From positions 1 through 59,859 of the forward strand of contig CAVVYZ010000029.1 of assembly GCA_963752595.1 (NCBI GenBank): a stretch of 59,859 nt of DNA, written 5' to 3'. Below the pieces are notes generated by a model. That model ran no database searches and was not told where the DNA came from. It saw only the letters and a program-made list of their open reading frames with translations. Below are positions 50,562-59,859 of the stretch, piece after piece. A program made the translations under genes and the position numbers. The DNA comes from an uncultured delta proteobacterium. GTDB taxonomy: Bacteria > Desulfobacterota > Desulfomonilia > UBA1062. Positions within the stretch are counted from its first letter, which is position 1. Each line of letters begins with the position of its first letter.

Positions 50562-53500
50562 ATGAAGAAAGACCACAACCTTGGTTCCCTTGAAAAAACC
50601 GATCCCGCTTCGGACAAGAAACGTCCTGAGGATACAGCAGGCAAGGGTGCCTTTGATGCCCATGCCTCAGAGGTATTTGAAGCAGTAAGAAAAACCGAGG
50701 AGAAGTACAGCAGACTCCTCGAGGCAATCGATTCTGCCTATTACGAGTTGGACAGCTCCGGAAACTTTCTCTTTGTAAACGGCGCCCTGCGCAGAGGCCT
50801 TGGCTACCGGGAGGAAGAAATCAGAGGCTCGCACTACAGCACGTTTATGAATAAGGAAAATGCCGAGATGGCCAAGGCGCTTTTTCAGCAGCTGTATGAG
50901 GGCACTGCTCCCTCGCTCAATTTCGAAGTGGAGATGATCAGAAAAGACGGTTCACGGGCATTTATTAAAACATGGGTTTCAATCCTCAGCAATGAATCAG
51001 GAGCAGTGGTCGGGATCCAGGGCATCGGCCGGGAAATGACAGACCAGAGGCGCGCCCAGGATGCCTTGAGAAAGAACGAGGAAAAATACGGCAGGCTCCT
51101 TGAGACCATAGAAGCATCCTATTTCGAGCTGGATATCTCCGGCAAACTCACCTTCTTCAACGGGGCGTTGTGCAAGGATATCGGCTACCATGATGAAGAG
51201 CTCACGGGCATGAGCTACCGCAAGCTCGTGGAGAAACATGATGCGGAAAGACTCTTCGATCTGTTCAGGGATCTATATACCTCCGGCAGGACCTCGCTCA
51301 ATTTCGAAGTGGAGATGATCCGGAAAGACGCAGAAAGAATATGCGTTGAGGCCTGGGTCTCCGTATTGCGGGATAAGACGGGAAAACCGGTCGGCGTCCA
51401 GGGAATCGGACACGATATAACCGAACGCAAGCGCGCCCAGAAGGCCCTGGAGGAGAGCGAGGAGAAGTACAGGTCTCATTTCACGACCATATCGGATGTC
51501 ATTTACACCGTTGACCGGAATTATTGTGTCTTAAGCGTCTCGCCCAGTATTGAAAGGATCCTGGGCTACACACCTGAGGAGATCGTGGGCAGGAATTTTG
51601 CCGAATTGGATATCATGCCCATGGAATACACGGAACAGGCCTATAGGAATGCCCAGATCCTCTTTTCCGGAAGACAAACCCATTCATCCCTCTACGAGTT
51701 CATCGCACATGACGGCACGAAGAAATATGGAGAGATAAGCGGCTCCCCTGTTTCCCGTGACGGGAAAGTAGTCGGCGCACTGTGCGTAGCACGCGACGTG
51801 ACGGAGCGGATACGGGCCGAGATTGCAGTGGCCGAGAGTGAGCGGAGGTTCCGGGATATCGTTGATAACGTATCCGATGTCCTCTTTTTCCATGACCTGG
51901 AAGGCTACCTTAATGTCGACCAGATCAACAATGCCGGACGAACCATGTGGGGGATCGGCTTTGATCAGGACGCCAGGATAAATATCAAGGATGTTATCAC
52001 GCCTCAGTACCGGCATGATTTTGAAAGATATATCCAGAGGGTACGCTCCAAGGGAAAGGATGAAGGCTATGTAACCATCCTTGACAGCAAAGGCAGTGAG
52101 CGGGTGCTGGAGTACCGGAACTCCCTGGTCTATGAGGGGGGCGAGCCCATCGGCGTGCGTGGCTCTGCCCGGGATATTTCGGACCGCATCCGTGCAGAAA
52201 CCGCCTTGAAGAGGAGTGAGGAAAAGTACCGGAACATCCTCAAGGAGATCGAAGACGGGTATTATGAGGTAGATATAGGCGGCACCTTCACCTTTTTCAA
52301 TGACTCCATGTGTACCCTGCTCGGATATTCCAGAGATGAAATGACGGGCATGAACAATCGTCAGTTCGCGGATAATGAGAACGCAAACAACATATACAAG
52401 ACATTCAACAGGGTCTTCAGAACCGGCAAATCAGACAGGGGATTTGTTTGGGAACTCGTAAAAAAAGACGGAGTGAGAATCCATGTGGAGACTTCCGTCT
52501 CACTGATCCGGGACAACGAGGGTAATGTGGCCGGCTTCAGGGGGATCTGCCGGGATGTCACCAGGAGAGTGCAGGAAGAGGAAGAGCGGAAGAAACTTGA
52601 ACACCGGCTCCAGCAGGCAAAGAAGATGGAAGCCATAGGGACATTGGCCGGGGGAGTGGCCCATGATCTCAACAACATCTTGAGCGGTCTCGTGAGCTAT
52701 CCCGAGCTCATCCTCATGGATCTGCCCGATAATGATCCCTTAAGAAAGCCCATTTCCACTATCCGGCAATCCGGAGAAAAGGCAGCTGCGATTGTCCAGG
52801 ATCTCCTGACATTAGCCCGGAGGGGGGTATCTACTACCGAGGTGATAAGCCCATACTCCATCATCTCGGAGTACATGAAATCCCCCGAACTCATTAAACT
52901 CAAAGCCGACTATCCAGGTGTACGGATTGATGTGCACTGCGAACCTGACCTGCTTCCCATCCTGGGGTCTCCCTTCCATCTCGGTAAAACCATCACGAAC
53001 CTGGTCACTAATGCTGCAGAAGCCATCTATGACGAAGGCTCAATCATCATTACGGCGCGGAATGTGTATCTGGACAGACCTCCCAGGGGATATGACAAGG
53101 TGAAAGAGGGAGAATATGTTGCAATCACGATCTCGGACACCGGGGTAGGCATATCCGACGAAGATCGGAGAGGATATTCGAGCCCTTCTATACCAAGAAG
53201 GTTATGGGCAGGAGCGGAACCGGGCTCGGAATGACCGTGGTATGGGGAACCGTTCAGGATCATCACGGATACATCGAGATCGGGAGCAGAGAAGTGGAAG
53301 GCACTGTGCTCACCCTCTATCTCCCTGTCACCAGGGCCGCAATCAAAGACCGCCCGACCAGGGATATTAAGGATTTTATGGGCCGGGGAGAGACCATTAT
53401 CGTGGTTGACGATGTCGACCTCCAGAGAGATATAGCGACGAGAATCCTCACCCGGCTCGGGTACAGCGTCCTCTCGTTCGCAAGCGGGGAGGAGGCTGTC

Positions 53501-53893
53501 GAGTATATGAAGGATCATTCCGCAGACCTCATGGTCCTCGATATGATCATGGACCCGGGCATTGACGGCCTGGAAACCTACAGGAGGGTCCTGGAATACC
53601 ATCCCGGCCAGAAAGTGATCATTGCAAGCGGATACTCCGAGACAAAGCAGGTGAGGGAATTGCAGAAGCTCGGAGCCGGCGCATACATAAAGAAACCCTA
53701 CCTTATCGAGACGCTCGGCCTGGCCATACGGACCGAGATGGACAAGCCTAACGCCGGCGCATCTGATCGCTGCCCTGACCGGAATCAGGCCCTCCCGGAA
53801 GAGGGTTGCATCGAAAAAGTCGATCAGGGGATTCCCCGGGAAAAATTGAACCTGCAGATACCTTATGATAATCACAAGGAATGTTACACGTGA
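50562..53893 (+). CDS. Multi-PAS hybrid histidine kinase, frameshifted near 53168
   Basis: PAS repeats, LAGGVAHDLNN and NAAEA; continues in another frame as IFEPFYTKK.MGRSGTGLG and a receiver domain. Paralog of 32450-35590. Confidence 0.9.
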
Positions 53894-53951
53894 GGAGCAA
53901 GGCTTCAACATCTCACGACATACGATAAAATTATCATCATGAAAGGGAGAA

Positions 53952-55499
53952 ATGTGTATGGGCAGCTACCAGGAATCTTCAATGGCGTCAATCTTTCAGA
54001 ATAGGATCAAGGAGTTGGGAAACAAGGCCTGCGTCGCCTATAAAAATGCCCAGGGAGTCTATGTTGATATTTCATGGAATCAGATGAACGAGATGGTGAG
54101 GAATACGGCATGTTATCTTATCTCCAAGGGGATAAAGCCCGGTGAAAAGGTTGCTCTTTTTTCTCCAAACCGGTACGAATAGTGGGTTGCGGACCTTGCG
54201 ATACTTTCGGTAGGAGCGGTGAATGTCCCGGTCTATGCCACCAATTCTGCCCTGGAAACCAGATATATCATCGATAACTCCGACTCCGTCATGTGCTTCG
54301 TGGGGGGAAAGGACCACCGGGACAAGGTGCTCGAGGTCAAAGACCTGCTCCCCGGTTTGAGGGAGATCGTCATATTCGATGATCTCAAGGAAGCCCCGGG
54401 CAAGGCCATAGACCTGAAAACAGCGATGGCTGAAGGAAGCAAGGCGGGCAGGAAAGAGGAATTCGAAAAGAGGATCAGCGGCATCCGGCCTGCAGACCTG
54501 GCGATCATCATCTATACCTCCGGCACGACCGGCGACCCGAAAGGCGTGATGCTTTCACACAACAATTTCATTTCCAACGTCAACCAGATCTACTCGGTAG
54601 ATCCCGAACTCTTCAAGGAAGAACGCACCCTCCTGTCATTCCTGCCCCTGTCCCATTCGTTCGAGCGGGCCGTCGGGTACTACTCGGCCCTCAATGCAGG
54701 AAAGACAGTGGTGTTTGCACAGGATTTCTCGAAAATACTCCAGAATCTCCAGGAGGTAAAACCGACCCTGATCGTCAGCGTGCCCAGGCTCTACGAGAAG
54801 ATCCATGCAGGCATTCTTGCCAAGATTTCCGATGCGCCGCCTCTCAGGAAGGCCATCTTCACCTAGGGCCATGTCCGTTGCCGGGAAAAACCTTCCCTAT
54901 ACCTGCAATGATGTGCCCAGAACGGGCCTTTTTGCCCTCCAGTATGCCATTGCCGACAAAATCGTATTCTCCAAGCTTAAATCGGCGCTGGGCATGGACA
55001 GGCTGCGTTTCGCCCTCCCGGAAGGGGGGCGCTGTCCGTTTCCGATGCAGAGTTCTTTCCTCGGCATGGGCATCAAGTGTCAACACGGCTAACGAACCCT
55101 CAAAAAACCATCAAGATCGGCGAGGGCGGGGAGGTACTCATCAAGGGGCCCCAGGTCATGATTGGCTACTACAAGAACGAGGCTGCCACGAAAGAGGTCT
55201 TTACCGATGACGGGTTCTTCAGGACAGGCGAGATCGACAGTGATGGGTACCTCAAGATCACGGGCAGGATCAAGGATCTCATCGAACGCGCAGAGGTGCA
55301 AAAGCTTTTTGCGGCAGAGATTGCCGAAAGCACCAGGCATTTCGCACGCGTGGAGCAGATCCGGAAGTTCAGGCTCCTCGACAGCGAATGGTCCCAGGAA
55401 ACTGACGAACTTACGCCAACGCTCAAGATCAAGCGCAGGGTCATCAATGCCAAGTATGCAAAAGAGATCGAGAGCATGTATTCCTGGGAGAAGGAGTAA
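53952..55499 (+). pseudogene. Long-chain fatty-acid-CoA ligase pseudogene
   Basis: YTSGTTGDPKG, FLPLSH, VPRLYEK and LTPTLKIKR are present, but so are an in-frame TAG (54180-54182), frameshifts and internal deletions (no GxGxTE motif; no GGKNI segment after RIKDLI). Confidence 0.85.
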
Positions 55500-55598
55500 G
55501 ATTAAATAAAAAAAGAAAAAAATACGAAATAGACAAATAAAGGAACTAAAAGCATTGGATACTGCTCTCATGCATAATAGAGCCTTTAGGGATGACAG

Positions 55599-56505
55599 AT
55601 GAGCAATCCGCAGCCTTCGATCCTCGTCGTAGACGATGAGTTGCTGAATATCAAACTCATTGTCCAGATCCTCCAGAAGGAGGATTATAAAATTTCTGTG
55701 GCCATGAACGGCGAAGAGGCATGGGATCTCCTGCAGAAGTCCCCCCTTGCATTCGATGCAGTGCTTCTCGACAGAATGATGCCGGATATCGAAGGGCTCG
55801 AAGTCCTCAGACGCATGAAGGAACACGACGAGCTGAAAAGCATCCCTGTCATTTTTCAGACCGCCATGACCCAGGAGGATGAGATCCTCGAAGGCATACA
55901 GGCAGGTGCTTATTACTACCTCACCAAGCCCTACCGGAAAGAGCGGCTTCTCGCCGTAGTAAAAACCGCAGTAGCAGACCACATCCAGTACAAGACCCTC
56001 CAGGAAGAAGCCCATCACACGGTCGATGCCCTCAATCTCCTGGTAAAGGGAGATTTCACGATCCAACGCCTCGATGAAGTCGACAACCTCGCAACACTCC
56101 TTGCCAAAATGTGCCCCGAGCCGGACAAAGTCGTTCTCGGGCTGTGGGAGCTCCTTATCAATGCAGTCGAGCACGGGAATCTCGGCATCACCTATGAGGA
56201 AAAGTCCGAGCTCCTGCAGCTCAATATCTGGCGTGAGGAGATCGACCGCAGGACGAGGATGCCCGAATACTCGGGCAAGAAGGTGCTGATCCATTTCGAG
56301 AAAACACCTGAAGAGATAATCTTCCTCATTGAAGACATGGGTCCAGGTTTTGACTGGAAGCCCTTCCTTGAATTCAGCCCCGACCGCGTCTTCGACTCCC
56401 ACGGCAGAGGCATTGCGATTGCAGGAAATTACAGCTTCCTGCACATCGAGTCTCGGCAACGGGAATAAGGTCAGGGCCGTAATCAAACCCTCCACCGATG
56501 CGTAA
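55599..56505 (+). CDS. Response regulator with HATPase_c (anti-sigma-kinase-like) output; frameshift near 56450
   Basis: Receiver domain (VVDD, LLDRMMP, LTKP) plus ELLINAVEHGN, EDMGPGF and HGRGI; the alternative frame ends GNGNKVRAVI..* at 56505. Confidence 0.82.
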
Positions 56506-56562
56506 GGATCGTCGGATTCATCATAGGGCTCTTTAAAAATCGCACAGGCATTCCTGATCTTC

Positions 56563-58211
56563 TTACATCCCTGCCTGAGCGTACTTTTCAGGACGTAGTC
56601 GTATGCGGAAAGTGCTGCCTTGGCCCGGCCCCTGCAGCGACCACGATCTGTTTTTCCGGTTCGTCGGTGACATCGCCTGCTGCGAAGAAACCCGGGACGT
56701 CGTGGATTGATCGCGCTGTACAGGTATCTCCCCATGCCCGTTGAGCTCTATCAAACCCTTGACGGCATCCGTATTGGGCGCAAGACCTATTTCGAGGAAA
56801 ACGCCCTGCACCAGAAGGTCAAAACGGATCTTGCCGTCATTGGACTCGATGCGGATCCCCTGAAGCTTGTCCTGCCCGAGGAACTCTTTTACCTGCATGC
56901 CCGGATGGAGCTGCACATTGCGGGCATTCGATACTTCATTGATCAGGGGTGGATCTGCCTGGAAGTCATTGAGGATATTGATGATATGGATCTCTTTTGC
57001 CATGGCGATGAGATCCCTTGCCGCGGTAAAGGCCGAGTTCCCTCCCCCTACGACGGCAACCGATTTACCCCGGTAGAGCGGGGCGTCGCAGGTGGCGCAG
57101 AAGGCAATGCCCTTGCCGATAAACCGGTTCTCGCCCGGGACACCCAGCTTCCGGTACTGCTTCCCGGCACAGAAAATCACGCTGCGTGCTTTGAATGTTT
57201 TCCCGTCAGAGGTCTTGAGAAGGAAAAGATCGTTTCCCTTTTCAATGGTTTTTACACTCACATCAAACCCCTCTGCGACCGAATAGCGCTCGACATGATC
57301 TCTGAAGAGTCGGAGAGGTCCTTACCGCTTATGCTCGGCGTCCCCAGCCAGTTCTCAATGCTTGCGGTATCCGTGACCTGTCCGCCGACATGCTCCCCGA
57401 TGAGAGCTATATTCAGGTCTTTCCGCGATGCATATACGGCAGCCGACATGGCGGCAGGTCCTGCGCCCACGATGATTACCTGGTATGTCTCCCGTGGATC
57501 GGCCTCCGATGCAACCATCTCCCCCCGTGACTTGCGCATTTCAGCATCGATCCGGTCGTATACTTTGGGCTTGACGATTTTAAGTACTTCCATGACTGCA
57601 TCCACGGGCGGAAGAGCGCCTTCGAACGCAGCAAGCTCATTGATGACCGTGCGGGGAACCCCCTGTACCGAGTACCGCTGGACGAGCTGGGGGAACTCGG
57701 CGGCATCGACCATGTCTGCGCCGATGTATTCATTGGCCATGGCCATCTGGTGGGCGATATGCACCATGTGGGGGCAGTAGGGGCAGGTGAGAGTAATCAT
57801 GACCTCCAGGTGTACGGGAACATCGATGAGCATCAGGAGGTCTTCGAGTTCGCGGCTCAAACCCGAAGTGCCTCGCGATACCATGAGTATGGCCTCGATC
57901 AGAGAGCTGAACTCATAGCCTGCAGTAATGCCGTAAAAGCGGATCCCGTAGTCCTTTTCACCGATAACGGCAGTGGCGGGGACCTTGTTTATACCATACC
58001 GGTGCGCTATCTGAACGTCTTTTACGAGGTCGTGTATTTCCAAAGTAATTTTATCGGATATCCCGGCTACGCTCTTCAGGAGCTCATCCTGCCTCTGGCA
58101 CGCATCACAGGCAACCTCCTGGGTGAAGAAGACAAGCTTGACCGGGTTCTTCAACCCGGCAAAGATAGCGGTTATATCCTTTCTCAATTTGTCATTGATC
58201 AGTTCTGCCAT
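56563..58211 (-). CDS. Protein-disulfide oxidoreductase / thioredoxin reductase fusion (AhpF-like), frameshifted
   Basis: Two thioredoxin folds (CDAC, CPYC), then GAGPA, CATCD, GGGNSA and AGDV; frame changes near 57310 and ~56580-56700. Confidence 0.85.
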
Positions 58212-58245
58212 ATAGATCTTCCCCCCTTACAGCTCGGCATGAAAA

Positions 58246-58261
58246 GGCAGGCTTTTTGCCA
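58246..58261 (-). promoter_or_regulatory. Possible sigma54 promoter of the AhpF-like gene
   Basis: TGGCAAAAAGCCTGC has GG-N10-GC spacing and lies ~35 nt upstream of the start codon. Confidence 0.4.
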
Positions 58262-58498
58262 TTCCATCACCTGTCTTGGAAGGTACGCCCTTTACATTCT
58301 TTGCCTTGCCCTCTTCATTACATAGTAATGTCATCTTGGCGTTTGCCTACTCTTTAATAAAGACTGTCTGCCTGACATCGAGGAAGGCCATACGGTTGTA
58401 AAGCTGATGCTAGCAAGGCATTGCGGAATATATGGATTAACTTTGTTCAGGCATGAAGCCAAGGCCCATTATTCAGGGCATGCCTCCCCAATGCCCAT

Positions 58499-59621
58499 TC
58501 AGGAGAGAATGGATATGCCGAGCTTCTCCTGCTTGATCCTGGAGACATTGCCGGCAATGCGCATCGAAGAGGTCAGGTCATTGGCCAGGGAGGCAAAACC
58601 TTTGTTAAAAGTTACCCCTGTTTTAACGATGATGTCGTTCAAGCCTGCCTGTATCCCCTGCGCAACCCGACGCATGAAGATCACGAGGGAAACGAGGCCC
58701 GGGTGGTCGATGCCGCTCGAGTCCAGCTTGGCGGCTGCCTCTCGTGCAAGGATCTCAAGGGAATCCGCCGAAGAAACGACTTCACCGAGGCTGGAAGCGA
58801 TGTCTTTGCCCGGCTGTATTCCCTGCTCTTTCAAAGAGGACGCCAGCAGGGTGATCTGAGCCCGATTCCTCCCACGAGCAGACCCATCACCATGACATCC
58901 TCAATCTGCCTGAAGGGGAGCGCCATATCGGTATAGGCATAACCTAAACGTCCAAGAATCCGGCCCCGATCGACCTCGCACCCGTCCAGGATGATCCCGC
59001 CGTGGGGGCACGGCCTGAGGAATCCGAGATCCAGAGGACCGGTCTTCTTGAGCCCGGGAGTCTCCGCATCGACGATGAACGCGGTATAGCTCTTCCTCTG
59101 CCCTTTCTCAGCGGTTATGGCAAGTACGACGAACAGGTCGGCAATGGGGCCGTTGGTGAGGTATGCCTTCTCTCCGGAGAGAAGGTAGGCGCTGCCGTGC
59201 TCCCGGGCAACGGTTGCCAGGCGTTTGGGATGACCGCCCACCCCGGGTTCGGAGATGGCCAGGCAGGGAATCTTCGCCCCTGCCGCAATCCCAGGCAGAA
59301 AGGTGTTCTTCTGCATGTCCGACCCGAAGCCGGGGAAAAGGAACCGGGCGATAGGGGTATGCATGAGCCGAGACCGCATCCGAGGTTGCGGCCGTTTTCC
59401 ACAAGGGCCTGGCCGGTGACGCTCATATGCAGCCACCCTCCCCCCATTCCGCCATGTGCGACAGGGATGCCGATCCCGTACAGGCCTTCTTTTGCCATGG
59501 CCTGCTGCACATCGGGAGGTAGCGACAGCCGGTCGTACAGATCGGCATGCGGGGCAATATGCTGCCCGGCAAACGTCGAGGCCGTTTCTTTCAGAGCGAG
59601 CAGTTGGTCATCGGCCATCAT
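58499..59621 (-). CDS. Acyl-CoA dehydrogenase family protein, frameshifted
   Basis: LAISEPGVGG, LSGEKAYLTNGP.AD.FVV; split across three ORFs. Confidence 0.75.
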
Positions 59622-59640
59622 GGCAAAAAAGTCTCCCCCA

Positions 59641-59859
59641 TTAGAGAATAAGCTCCTCGACAAAGTCCACAAGCTGATTCAGGTTTCTGCACTCCCGGAG
59701 CTCATGGCAGTGGGCTTTATATGCGAACATCTCACTGTCGCCTGTGTTCCACGAACTCTCGGGCTCGGGATTGAGCCAGATCAGCCTCCGGCACTTTTCC
59801 CTCATCTCTTCGAGGGACCCGGTCCTCGGGATGGAAATCGTTGGACCTTGCATCCCCGA
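59641..59859 (-). CDS. C-terminus of a CoxE-like VWA-domain protein (partial)
   Basis: RRLIWLNPEP..WNTGDSEM..Y..ECRNLNQL motif. Confidence 0.75.
   Translation of the reverse strand, partial: SGMQGPTISIPRTGSLEEMREKCRRLIWLNPEPESSWNTGDSEMFAYKAHCHELRECRNLNQLVDFVEELIL

Noticed and set aside
1176-54182. In-frame TAG codons (1176, 1386, 54180) as pyrrolysine or stop-codon reassignment
   Set aside because: They fall at positions expected to be different residues (Tyr, Glu, Trp), all in otherwise degraded genes, and intact genes in the window end normally in TAG.
55089-57780. 548-aa (55089-56735 -) and 357-aa (56707-57780 +) ORFs
   Set aside because: They are antisense shadows of real genes; only a short stretch of the first is the frameshifted thioredoxin-reductase tail.
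1-59859. CRISPR array, rRNA, prophage or anti-phage defence genes
   Set aside because: No regularly spaced repeats, cas genes, phage structural genes or recognisable defence motifs were seen.

Overview
Bacterial DNA, probably from an anaerobic deltaproteobacterium-like organism (inferred from gene content: multi-PAS hybrid kinases, ferredoxin, a selenoprotein and the tRNA-Ala sequence type). The window has two halves. (1) 1-25341 is an accessory island whose right border is the 3' half of a tRNA-Ala (att-like, 25301-25341). It holds nested insertion sequences: an IS3 inside an ISNCY-like remnant, a 124-bp palindromic element inside that IS3, two 2310-bp IS21 isoforms inside an IS481, and IS5 and ISL3 remnants. 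It also carries a ~15-kb, mostly AT-rich, minus-strand catabolic cluster: acyl-CoA dehydrogenase, TetR, Liv-type ABC importer, crotonase, two MaoC proteins, CaiC-like CoA ligase, 4-hydroxybutyryl-CoA-dehydratase-family enzyme, porin and hydantoin-racemase-family protein. Several of these enzymes have non-canonical active-site motifs, so this is the best candidate for an undescribed pathway. (2) 25342-59859 is core-like chromosome: radC, htpX, ABC-F, ferredoxin, two paralogous PAS hybrid kinases, a PRTase-rtcB-archease operon, a beta-CASP RNase, tRNA-Leu(TAA), DJ-1, GTP-PEPCK, Crp/Fnr, ybaK, GH13, a fadD pseudogene and an AhpF-like fusion. A HesB-like selenoprotein absent from the ORF track (in-frame UGA plus SECIS-like hairpin) lies behind a perfect FNR box. 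Many core genes carry single-base frameshifts that probably reflect assembly error. All alignments were done by eye; no database searches were run.
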